64,000 nucleotides of DNA, taken from contig OZ024745.1 in assembly GCA_964016885.1 (NCBI GenBank), forward strand, positions 71,672,001 to 71,736,000. Direction: 5' to 3'. Source of the stretch: Eledone cirrhosa (taxonomy: Eukaryota). The notes beneath the pieces were generated by a model. The model was given only the letters and a program-made list of their open reading frames with translations. It was not told the origin of the DNA and made no database searches. Of this stretch, positions 13,745 through 26,269 are shown one piece after another. Within the stretch, counting starts at the first letter, position 1, and each line of letters opens with the position of its first letter. A program made the position numbers and the translations under genes.

Positions 13745-14930
13745 TATCTATATGTTTGGTGAATTAAACATCTCCAGAGATCCTAATTCATGGCTAGTGA
13801 TTCTTTGTCTTTCAATATATTTTTCTTCTTTGTAGTCTGTTAAAAGTTGATGACATTTCTCTTCATGGCAGCCAGCATTGGGCACATATGTGGGTGAAAG
13901 GTCTAACATGGGACCTATAGACGTAACTGTTGATGATGCATATGTCCTTTTATTGACCAGATGGTTGTCACTGTTACTGCTATGCCACGTTCCTATCTCT
14001 GCCAACAGCGACCTGGTCAAAGTGAAGCTTAGACAACTCAAGGAAATGCTAAGTAGTTAGAGAGCACCAGCATTGTCATTCTTTTGCTGTATCTTCCCAA
14101 CTGATCATGGAATTTTGCTGGGTTTCAAGGTCTGTTGAAGATCATCCTTGAATCCCCTTTTCTGCCTGTCTTGAGCAGTTTTTTCTCATCCATATTGAGA
14201 TCATCCTGTTCAGCATAGTAAGAGTTCTATGCTGGTGATTCTAGCATGTTCAAAGACTTTCTGATTTGATATTCTATCTTGTCAACCAATCTTGAGTATC
14301 AGATGAAGTATTTTTAAGTGAAAGGACTCTAGCTGCAAGTCCAAGAGGCTCATTTTTCTCTTAACATCTATGTATTTGGTGAACCATGCATCTCCAGGAC
14401 TCCTAGTCCATGGTGATTATTTGTCTCTTGGGAGATAAAAGAAGGTTTGAAGTTTTTGACCACATTTACGTTCACTTAATCTTCCATTTTTGAGCATTGG
14501 ATTTTATGCCAAACTCCAAAATTCATTGTTGCTGTTAAAAAGGATTCTCACCAACAACTCTTACTCCAAAGGTTCGTCTGCTGGTTTCACCAAGCATTCC
14601 ACCAGCCATGAAGTGAACTCATTTGTGATCTAGTCACACCTTAGTCTCTCCCAAGATGAATATCTCTGTTGTTTGCCATAAATGGGTGGCCTCTTTGCGA
14701 TGGTGTGGATGTACTGGTTGTAATTAGCTCAATCCACTCTGGATGAATGTCAATACAAATAGTACATCTATGTCTTTGGAAAATCACACATCTCCAGGAC
14801 TCCCAGTCTATAGAACTTGATATTAAATCAACCACACGTGCTTCAGGTTTCCTTTTAGTTAGTCCTTTGCACTGGGCAAAAAAGTGGAGGGCTTGGTATT
14901 TTTTCTATAAAGGATCTACATCACTAAGCT
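13745..14930 (-). mobile_element. Highly decayed LINE fragments
   Basis: Less AT-rich than its flanks, with an internally repeated catctccaggactc segment; no long ORF. The LINE assignment is tentative. Confidence 0.35.
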
Positions 14931-16040
14931 GATGCTTAAAACATAAAATGTTCTTACTTAAATTTATGATGGAAAGTTTTAATATAATTATAATTAAGTT
15001 TTAATATAAAATGAGTCGTTTTGTATGACAAAATCAGAAGTGGTTTCTGGCAAGTTGGTATCAAAAAAGTTAGACTTCTTACTCTGTTGTCTAGTGCATG
15101 GTTCTCCAATGGTATGATTTTTCAAACATTTACGAACCCATACCTTATTATTTGGACAATTCCACCACCTTAATTTTAATAATATAATAAAGGGGATAAA
15201 ATGTTTTAGAGAGAGAATTTACCACTTTTAAAAAGAATATCAAAATCATTTTCATAAAATTTTATCAAGACACCTTACCTTGTGAAACCCCAGAATTTCT
15301 TTTGTAAAACCCAGTTTGGGAAACATTGGTCTAATGTTACATTATTCTTTCATTTTTTCCCATAAAGCTATTTGAAGAATGTTACAGCAAATTAAACCTG
15401 TTGCATGATGTGTAAAGTTGATGAAATAATTTGATACAATATTTATGGAATGGCTACCACTACTAAGGCATGATAGGAACAGCTACTAGCCTTGTTGTCA
15501 TTTGCAAGATAAACATTCCTGTTTGCATACAATGTTCACTGTGATTAAAATTTAACTCCAATCAAGTTTAACTCTATTAAGAATGTGTATTTTAATAATG
15601 TCCATTATTTGCTTTTTTCCTTATATTCCTCCGAGAATTTTTTTTCTAAAGTATGATTGTTTATAATGCTGGACCTTTTAATAACAAGTTGCTAATCTTT
15701 GTCTAATTATATTATTTCTTCATGTCATTAATGAAGAATGTAAACTTCAGTTTGATAATGAATTGAATTCACCATTCTCTAGTTTGTGTCTTTCATAATT
15801 TTATTATTATTATTATTATTTTATTTATAATTTCATATATCAATTGTTTTTGATGGAATGTGTTGTTGGGTTTAAGAAATTAACATCTTGACGTTAACTC
15901 TTTTGTTACCCTATTCCCAATTAAGGACTCTGCCTATAATTTTCAAATAACTTTGAAAATAATTAACTTTATAATTATTAAGTTGGAGTTTAGAGCATAA
16001 ATTAAAAGGTTCTTACATAAAATTTATGATGGAAAGTTTA

Positions 16041-16107
<67 letters not shown>

Positions 16108-17383
16108 CACAGGCAGTTTGGTATTAGAGAATTAGGGGTGGTTACAAACAATTTGGTATCAAGAGTTAAACGTTTTAGCCACAAATAAGATGAATTTAGA
16201 AAATAAGAATTTTATACAACTTTTATATTGCATTTTATGAACAATGGCATTGTTGGTTACAGGTTTCAAATGGGTCAATAATTGGTTCAGTATATTTATC
16301 ATAACAAAGGTGACCAAATAACCATCTGTTCAACTTGAGTGGGTAATATAATTAACCCCAGTAGTTGACTGGTATTTATTTTATTGAGGAATAAAAGGAA
16401 AAGTTTGAGCAAATTGGAATTTGAATTTAGAATGTAAAAAGGACAATGAAATACAAGCTTTTTGTTGGCATTTTATCATTTCACTAGTCCTCTGTTGCCT
16501 ATATTATGTGATAATGATATACAAAAAAGGTACTAGAGTAAAGTATTGGTTGAAAGAAAATAACGGGAATACACTAACAAATATAAGCACATCCCAGTGT
16601 ATGTGTGTATCTGTTTTCTTTTCCAAAACAAAATTTTCTTGACGAGTGCTTGAGTGTTTCTATATTTTTGTGTGGTAAACAGAACTATATTTGAATCTAA
16701 ATATGCATATAATTATTCTTTTATTGAGACAGTCAAAACTGGTAGTGGTTACAAAGTTTAGATACACTCACCACTAATATTTGTTGTAAAAACCAAATAT
16801 ACATGTACACACATACATTTTAAGACATCAGTTATACAATGTAAAATGAATATAAAATTTTTAAAAATATCAATAACTATTATTTGGCTATATATAGTGC
16901 AGTGTTGTGTGTGCCTATATATGAGTGTATAACTTAGTACTGCCAAATTGAATAATGGCATTCCCCTGTTGTATATTGGATATTTATACAATTTATGACT
17001 TATTTGTTTCAATGAGAGTATATTATGCTGTGATTTTCCTTCAAAAATAATATAGTGTTTTGAAATTTCTATTGAAAAAATTTATTCACTGTTAATTCTG
17101 TTTGTGTAAACCTCCACCAAAGTGTGTGTTTGTATTGAACTAATAAAATATCTAGAAAATTTATAGAAAATTATTTAATAATCAGATATTAATTATATAA
17201 TTATATAATTAATTATATAATTGTCTGTGTATATTAATACCTGGAAAAATTTCACTCTGTTGGTGTGAATTTCAGTTTTTGATATTTTATAGAAATAATT
17301 TCACCTTAAATGCTTTTTCATCTGAGTGTGATTGATTCTGTATAATGATCAGGTGTGAGTTTGTTTGTTTCCATATTTATTAT

Positions 17384-17425
<42 letters not shown>

Positions 17426-17509
17426 AATTTGACTACTAAGCATTAAGTTCTTTTAGAAGTGAGTGCCTGTTATTTATAACCTTATATGTTTATAATCCCA
17501 ATATTATAA

Positions 17510-17559
<50 letters not shown>

Positions 17560-18167
17560 ATGATGTTACACTATTTTATTCAATGTAATTATAAGCACTT
17601 TAAATTAAGTATCATTAATATATTCAATCAAAATACAGAATGTTTGTTACAATGTTACTGTAGCAACATGGACATTAGAATATTACACATCCAAATCATC
17701 ATTATATCTGTACTGAGATAAGCATTAACGATTGTGATATATTATCAACCAGCTTGGGTTTGTGCTAAGTAGCATATGAGATATAGATGCATTTTTATTT
17801 GGCTGTCTTCAATAAGTTGTCACAAACCATTTATAGAAACATTATATACACACACACACACATATATACACACACACATATTGAGATAATGATGATGAGT
17901 AGAGAACAAAAAGAAAATATGGAAGACAAAGGAAGCAGTGAGAAATTGAGGCAATTACACTTAGGCGAGAGGTTGACAACATATGGATGGTGGCCTACAA
18001 GTGGGCTATTGAAGTGTTCTTTAGGGTCTCAGTACTTAACAAACGTCCATATTTGTGATATAATATACATGTGGGTCATCGTCAAAACTAAGAAATATCA
18101 AAAGTATATCATTACAATATTTGTAGCCTAATGTTCATGTTTAAAGAAAATATGAGATTAGCCCGGC

Positions 18168-20861
18168 ACTATAAAAGACAGATTCTATGAGACACTGATG
18201 CTAACTACCTCCCAAATATCCGACAGTGACTATATAATTATTGCAGGCGACCTAAATGGTCACGTTGGACAACATTGTGACGGCTACGACGAAATCCATG
18301 GAGGCTATGGGTTTGGTACTAGAAATGAGGAAGGCTCCAGAATCCTGGAATTCTGTGATGCAAATAACCTAACTATCTGTAACACTAACTTCAAAAAACG
18401 TGACAATCACCTGATCACCTATAGATCCGGGGAACACACATGCCAGGTAGATTATATCCTTACCAGAAGACGTGACAGAGTGTCTGTTGTAAACACTAAA
18501 TCCCTCCCCCATGAAGAATGCACCTCCCAACATAGACTGATAATTAGCGACCTCATAGTCAGGACGAGACGTACTCGACAGCAGAAGAGGACTATCCTCA
18601 GGAGAAAAATATGGAAGCTAAAGGACCCCACAGCCAGAAATAAATTTCAAAGCATATTACTTGATGCTTTCGACAGTAAGGAAGAACATTTAGAGTCGGA
18701 CAATATAGAGGGACAGTGGGAATTTCTGAAAGCAAACCTGCTGATGGCGACAGACGAAGTCTGTGGCTGGAGCAGGCCTGTAGGCAGGAGGAGAGGAACA
18801 TGGTGGTGGAACAGTAAGGTGGAGGGGTCAATTAAGGCCAAAAAGCAGGCTTGGAAAGTATGGCGGGATGGGGGAAATAGAGAAGACAATCAAGTGGCCA
18901 GGAGGGAAGCTAGGAGACAAGTGTACTTAGCAAGAAGGGAAGCTGAGGAAAGAAAGTTCAAGCATGTTCTACAACGCGAGGACCAAAAACGTGAGGTGTT
19001 CAGGATTGCTAGGCAATGCGTCAAGGAAAACCGTGATATTGTCGGGGAGAAGTGTGTACTTAACGATGATGGCATACTTGCCATCACCGACGCTGATAAG
19101 AAGGTAGCTTGGAAGTGTCACTATGAAAGGCTACTAAATGAGGAGAATAAATGGGAGAAAGACAGTCTCCCCCATATCGACCCAATAGAGGGACCAGCAG
19201 TGTTAGTCGAGGGGAGTATAATAAGTAAGGCAATCAAGGATATGAAGACGGGTAAGGCGGCTGGGCCTTCGGAAATAGTTGCTGAGATGCTGAAGGCATC
19301 TGGCACGGTGGGACACACCATGGTCACCTGCATAGTTAACCAAGTTGTACAGAATGGGGTTGTTCCGAAGGACTGGCATAGCAGCATCATCGTTAACTGT
19401 TATAAGAGTAAAGGAGACGCCCTAGATAGGAGTAACTATAGAGGCATTAAATTAATCGACCAGGTCATGAAGGTCATGGAAAAAGTAATAGCACAACTAA
19501 TCAGAGAGAGAATTGACCTAGATGAAATGCAGTTCGGGTTTGTGTCAGGCAAAAGTACCACAGACGCTCTTTTCATTGTACGACAACTACAGGAGAAGTA
19601 CCTAGCTAAAGGTAAACCCCTCTACTTAGCTTTTGTCGACTTGGAGAAAGCCTTCGACAGAGTCCCCCGCTCCATTATCTGGTGGGCTCTTAGAAAACTA
19701 GGCATTGACGAATGGCTTGTGAGAGCTATACAAGCCATGTATAAAGAAACAGTCAGCAAGGTTAGAATTAACAACGAATATAGTGAAGAGTTTAGCGTAA
19801 AAGTTGGCGTCCATCAGGGCTCTGTTCTCAGCCCCCTACTATTTATTATTGCCCTTCAGGCTATAACAGAGGAGTTCAAGACCGGCTGCCCATGGGAACT
19901 CCTATACGCAGACGACCTGACACTCATAGCGGAATCAATGGCCGAGCTAGAGAAGAAATTCCAAACATGGAAGCACGGCCTAGAATCAAAAGGACTTAAA
20001 ATTAACCTGGCTAAGACTAAAGTTCTAGTTTGTAGGAAAGAAAATAAGGCGGCGGTCCCTTCTGGGAAATGGTCGTGCTCGGTGTGTAGGAAAGGCGTAG
20101 GTAGAAACTCCATTTTATGTCCTAAATGCAAAGTATGGGTGCATAAAAGATGTAGTGGGATCACAGGTAAGCTAACTAAGAACATAGATTTTACATGTGG
20201 CCGGTGCTCTGGTGCAATAAGTAGCAGCAAGTGCCCACAAAATACTAGCTCTTTCAATTGCGCAGAGGGTTCTATAGAAATAGTGGACAGCTTTCGTTAC
20301 CTGGATGATAAAATCAGCAGTGGGGGAGGGTGCTCTGAAAGTACAGTAGCTAGAGTCAGAACTGGTTAGAAAAAGTTCAGAGAGCTTATACCACTATTAG
20401 CTGCTAAAGGGTTCTCCCTAAAAATGAAAGGCAGGTTGTACGATGCCTGCATACGAACAGCAATGTTGCATGGCAGTGAGACCTGGGCATTGTGTGCAGA
20501 GGATATACGCAGACTAGAGAGGAACGAAGCTTGCATGCTCCGCTGGATGTGTAACAGTAATATACGTGAATGGCAAAGCATAAACGAACTAAGGAAAAAA
20601 TTAGAAATAAGAGGGATCAGATGTTGTTTACTCGAGAGAAGGCTACATTGGTATGGACACGTGATGCGCATGAAAGTCGATAGCTGTATAACAAAGTGCA
20701 GGGCAATAAAGATAGACGGTAGCCACGGAATAGGCAGACCTAGAAAAACCTGGGACGAGCTGATAAACTCCGACCTCACACACTTACACCTCTCCAAGAC
20801 AATGTCACTGGACCGAGACCTTTGTCGTTACTCAGTAACAGAGAAGACCCGCCTTACCTAA
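18168..20861 (+). mobile_element. RTE-clade LINE ORF2 (partial APE endonuclease, RT, PHD finger, C-terminus), 5'-truncated, with one in-frame stop
   Basis: ORF 18198-20369 has GDLNGHVG, DYIL, SQHRL, NYRGIKL, QFGF, FVDLEKAFD, GVHQGSVLSPLLF and YADD. After TAG 20367-20369 (Trp in the other copy) the same frame continues into ORF 20424-20861. Confidence 0.95.
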
Positions 20862-21257
20862 ATACATAGTAAAACCTACTACAGCCAGTAGGCATCTCTA
20901 ACAAAATTCTCTAACTTAGAATTCAGTAGGTGTGAGAATATATTTAGAAAGGTGTATTTTCATCCAAACAAAATACAATAATATTGTTAAAGCTTAAAGT
21001 GAAAAGCTAATATTTTAACCTAAAAATCTCCTATTTATTAGTACAATAGAATAATAATATAGGACACCAGATGCCATCAAGTTAACAGTTCAGTGTTTTT
21101 GTAGTTCAACCTCTAAGCATTCTTTTTATGACAGTTTTTCATGAGGTAAAACACTCTAAAAAGTTTCTTTGTTCAAATGATCTTTTGATATTAAACAGTA
21201 TTTTACAAAATGTTACCTCATCAATGCTTGATACTGCTGTGATGTTATAGCAGTAAC

Positions 21258-21473
21258 TTAACCCTTTAGCACTTAAACTGGCCGTATCTGGCCAGAATTC
21301 TCTCACCTCTATTTGTTCAAACAGGCTGTAACTGGCCGCTCATACTGATGTTAAGGTATTGTTCTCAAAATAAATAATATCAAAATCTTGTAGATTTGAT
21401 ATTATGTGAGATGAAGTGTTTACCATGAAAATACAATAGTAAATATAGAGTAATGTAAATGCTATAGGGTTAA
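21258..21473. mobile_element. piggyBac-like MITE (different family)
   Basis: TTAA|CCCTTTAGCA ... TGCTATAGGG|TTAA terminal inverted repeats with TTAA target duplication. Confidence 0.75.
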
Positions 21474-22309
21474 TATTATTTCCTCTGTTATTTTATTCAA
21501 TTTAACAGTTTCTATTGTTCTATATTCTATTGAATTAAAATTTTTTTTTTGTTTCTATGCAGTGTTACATAAAAAAAAAAAAGATCATGATGTATAATCA
21601 ACATCTTTATCATCAATTTAGACACATTTTTGGCGTGTAAGTGGAAGATTTAGAATGATTAGTATATAGAATGAAATGGGTTTTTGTTTTCTGGAGATCT
21701 ACAAATGTTTAAATGATCCAAAGATATGAAGAGAACCAGTAGAGTTATGAACAAATATTTTTTTTACTAGCCAACACTACAGTCTTTTTTTATTTTAGTA
21801 GAAAATGTATTTGTGAAGTTCTATAAAAGTAATTATGAACCAGGAGAAATTTGCTCTGAAAGCAAAATGTTAGTTAAAGATGTGTCATTTCTGAGAGAGA
21901 ATGTCTGTTTTGGTTTAAGTTAGGTCATAGCTGTGTGTGTGTGTGCGTGCGCGCACATGTTGTGCTCAAAGCTCTTTGTATGTCAGTGCCATTTGGGGTA
22001 TTTTACTGCTCTGAGCTAGAATTTCATGTTCATTTTTGTATTTTTCTTAAAATTGTTTAAAAGAAATATTTAAAACTCATTTGCTTTATTTATTTTATCT
22101 GGATTTGTGCTTCACAAACTATACTAGAACATTCCAGTTTGGTTTTGATACACAAGGACTGGGATGTAAAGTACATAACAATACAATTTTGGCACTCTTA
22201 AGTGTGAATCATATGGATGTACTTTGCAGGAATGTTAAATATAATGTCCTCCTCCTATATAAAATGTTTGATATTAGGAATACATTAAACTGTATTCCTT
22301 TCAACACAC

Positions 22310-22580
22310 TAGGTTTTTATGTACCTTGAATACCAAGCAAACAAACTTTAGGCTTTTGTGTATCTGGTATACTAAATCTACCTACAGATCTATGTACTTC
22401 GAATATCAAGTATACTTTTAATAAACTTTATGTATCTGGAATATCTAACAAACTATAGATGTTTATGTACCTGGAATACCAATACACCTTTAAAAATCTA
22501 TAGACATTTATGTACTGGAATACCAAGTCGACCTTTAACAAACTATTGACCATTATGCTCCTGGAATATCAAGTATAAAA
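22310..22580. repeat. Degenerate ~35-45 bp tandem repeat (tttatgtacctggaataccaag core)
   Basis: About seven imperfect units visible. Confidence 0.65.
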
Positions 22581-22809
22581 CAAAAGCTTTGAAACTAATG
22601 AAGTTTTTCAAATTTTTGGTTTCTTTAGTTTTCATATTGGTTTAATATCTTCTTACAGACAATTAACTAAATAAATAGGTTTTGCTTAGAAATCATTTTA
22701 TTGGATTATTTTATTTTTATGATGAGAGGTGATTGGTTCATGAGGGCTTTCTTTTTTCTTTTTTTTTTATCAACTTGAGTCATATTGAGGTTTCACTCTT
22801 ACTTGCTCT

Positions 22810-22908
22810 TCATGCAGCATATGCTCATGCACATACTAATACGCTCATGCACATACTCATATGTTCATGCTCATACTCATACGCTCATGCTCATACACTC
22901 ATGCTCAT
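22810..22908 (+). promoter_or_regulatory. YCAY (TCAT) cluster upstream of exon B, candidate Nova/Pasilla element
   Basis: 11 TCAT tetramers in about 100 nt, ending about 115 nt before the exon B acceptor. Confidence 0.55.
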
Positions 22909-23023
22909 ACTCCTACTCTAACAAACAATGAATCATCTATCTCTGCTATAATTATTAATGATGTTCTGGTAAACGAGTCATTTGATCTGTGCCTCCTATT
23001 TTCTCCTGGTGTGTTGGCTGTAG

Positions 23024-23130
23024 GAGAAGGACAAGAAATATTTAATTCCTTTAGATGGACTGATGCTGCGAGATCTTGAAGATTCATTTTTACACAAACA
23101 TATGTTTGCCATATATAATACCTTAAGCAG
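23024..23130 (+). CDS. Dnm: Dynamin PH-domain exon, alternative copy B (EKDKKYLIPLDGLMLRDLEDSFLHKHMFAIYNTLS-R)
   Basis: ctgtag|GAG...AGCAG|gtaggt; 107 nt, phase 0 to 2, open frame, colinear homologue of 8828-8937. Confidence 0.9.
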
Positions 23131-26100
23131 GTAGGTAAGAGTATTCTAAATTATTTTTACTTTTGCTACACCTTGCTGTTAATTATTTAACCTGCTGCAT
23201 CAACTAACATCATGAAACTTTGAATATAAGAGATACTCAGGTGGTGTCTCTTATTAATTATATTTCTGCTTAATTATATTTCTGCTTAATTATAATTGTG
23301 CTGATTTGTATGATATATTTTCTGGGATATAAAGTGGATAAGAAGTAATTGAAATATTTTATTATTTTTATATTGATACTGTTGTTGTTTACGTGCCATA
23401 GATGTCATTGATATTGTTTGATTACCTAATGAATCATTCTTAATACACATAATGAACGAACCCCGAGTAATAATTGATAAGAAGTGGGTCCCTTATCTTC
23501 TTTGTTCACTGTGCCCGTTTTAATGATTTCTAATCTCCTTTACTCTCTTCCCCTTGTCCATTTATCTGTTTCTCACTCCCCCATTGTCCATCTATCTGTT
23601 TCTCATTTCCTTTACTCCACCTCTTGTTTCTCAGTTTCTTATCTCCTTCCTTTCATTTCTTTTGTACCTCTATCCCTCTTTAATCTCCTTCACTGCCAAT
23701 TTCTTGTCCTATCTCCCAGTGTCTCCATACATAAGTTTGCAGCTGCAGTGTTGTCATGGTAGACTATAGTTGAAAGTCTACTCAAAGTAAATGTAGACTG
23801 TAAGTTACAGTGAAAGCAACCTTTTTAGGAGAGCAGTAACTCCGAATAAATACTTGGGCAAAAGACAGCCTGCATAGGAAGCTATGAATTTTTTCATACC
23901 ACCAATCTTTATGACCCCGAAAAATACAGGGTCATATTTGCTGCTCTTCCTTCCCTCAATAAGCATAAAAAAGCAATACATATATTTTTCTCTAGACAAG
24001 ATAAAAAAAACAAAAACAAAAATCAATCATAATCATTTACTTTTAACAACAGTATAGGTGTGTTTCACATGATACCAAGCTATATTGTCTTTAGTGTTAA
24101 TTGTTGATGTAAACTCTCCATCATTTCCTGTTTTATATATAGTTCTGACTAAAACATTCAATGAAACTCAACTTCAAGCAATATAATTTCTACCTTATAA
24201 CCCAGAAAATACAGAATTCATATTTCTAATTAACATTGTTTTTCTTAAGAATCTTAAAATGTATTCCAGATTGATTTCTGTAACATTATATTCATTATAA
24301 TCTTTGTACAATGCTTTGATATTTTCTTGTTAATAAATGTTTTATATTTTTTCAAATCTTATATAACAATAATTTTCATTTTGAAGGTTACACATGTGCA
24401 TATTCCTCCTCTTGTCTTATTCTCATAGTTTGCGAGAGAAAAAGAGAATTACATACACAACCACCTTTTCACTAACAAGGTTTAAAATGGAATTTTCCTT
24501 GCTAAAGCAGGGTATAGCTTTGCAGGGGCTCCATTTTTCACTATCATCTGCAGCACCCTTCACCAATTCACTTTAATTTCCTCCTCAACCATCTTTCTTG
24601 GTTTTCCCATTACACACACATCCGATTGGTATGAAGGTAGCTAATATTAATGTACATAAGAGATACAGGTATAAAATAATCAAGGTTTTATTTTGTAGGC
24701 ATTTTGGCATTTATTTTGTGCTGGAATTGAGTGGGAATGATTCACTGTATATTTAGAAACATAAGTTCTCTCAGATAATAATTCTGTTACTGGTGCTATG
24801 GATGTGGGGGGAAGAATTCTGGTTTGCAACTACATTGTTTCAGGTTGATGACAGTGCACACTGCTTTGGGCAAATGTATTCTGCCATTGTAATGTACAAG
24901 ATAGAAGACTGAAATTGTGTGGAAGCCTGTTGTACAGACTGTTCCTATTCTTGGGTGATAGACTAAATCAGTCAATTTCACACCATCACTTGGTCTTTGG
25001 ATGCCTAAAGTGGGTTCCACTCTGTTGTAAACATTGACGGCAGGTATCTAGTCTAATGATAACTTCTGCTCTTCCTACAACTGAATTCCTGCTTTAAGAT
25101 GCCCAAATGTTTTAAATGTCTCTATGGCATGCCTTTTGACTCCATCTCAGTAATTACGAGTCCTTACACACACACACACACGCACACACACACACACCTT
25201 GTGGCCATTGGAAAATGGATGTAAATGGGTAGTTGCGGAAGACACTTGCTGAAAGTGCCACAGGAACCTGAAACATGTTTTCCCTACACTATTAAATGTA
25301 TAAATCTCACCAGCCATGGGTGTGATTTAAAGATAGATAAAACATATAAAAATGTTATTATTTAATTTCTTGCATATCATGCTGTATTTTTATTTACAAA
25401 TCTTTTTAGGTGGTATTGATAGTAGAGAGAATTGTTTGAGTATTTAAACATTTTATGTCTAGTTAGTCTTAACTGATGCCATTTTCATGCTTCTCATATC
25501 ATTTAATTCTTAACGTCCTGTGCTACATGAAACCACATTAACAAGACAATTTTGAAAAGTATAAAACAATACCATCATATTAAAAACTAGTCTTTACTGC
25601 AAATTTTCATAATGGCATAAGATACTATAAACATTTGAATTCACAAACTTGTCTTTTTTAAATTTTTTTTAAAAGATATTTTCTGCTAAATCATTACAGG
25701 ATGTTAAGACACCAAATTAACGAGTTGAAATGATCATGATATATAATATGTGTAAATAGCTCAAATGATTTTCACAATATATAAAGTTTGCTTTAATCTT
25801 TAATCTTTTTGCAGCTGTATTTGCAATTTATGATGGTTTCTTTATACAGGTTCACCACCAATTTTCTGGCAAATTATGGCCCAGTATATATTTTAATCCA
25901 GACATAATTATGAATGGGACACTTATTTCCTGTAACCCACCAGAGTAGTTCACTGAGTGACCACAAGCAGCATTGTGTCTCGTTTGCAAATCATATCTGA
26001 ATATCTAGATATTAGTGTCTGTTTTTAACTGTGGTGAATTGGGGAAATTTATGCTCTTCCCTTAATTGTTGTTGCTTACATTTATCCTTATTTTTTACTT

Positions 26101-26269
26101 ACATGTGCAGTGCAGATATCAAAACATTTGCACCTTTATATTATCATTGGGGTAAAGGGAGAATGTTTCCATCTTCATAATCATTTAGGGAATAAAGAAA
26201 AGTGTGTTGGTGAAGGTTTGGTAGCGAAAACATTATTAACCTGTTTGATAGCAACCTGCCACAAACTAC

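Noticed and set aside
18598-20797. Minus-strand ORFs overlapping the plus LINE (and plus ORFs over the minus LINE)
   Set aside because: Antisense shadows of ORF2 with no recognisable motifs.
22230-22329. ttgcag|GAATGTTAAA resembling the start of the RNVYKD exon
   Set aside because: Similarity ends after three codons, there is no good donor, and it runs into a tandem repeat.
22310-22580. Regularly spaced repeats superficially like a CRISPR array
   Set aside because: Eukaryotic intron, degenerate units, no unique spacers and no cas genes.
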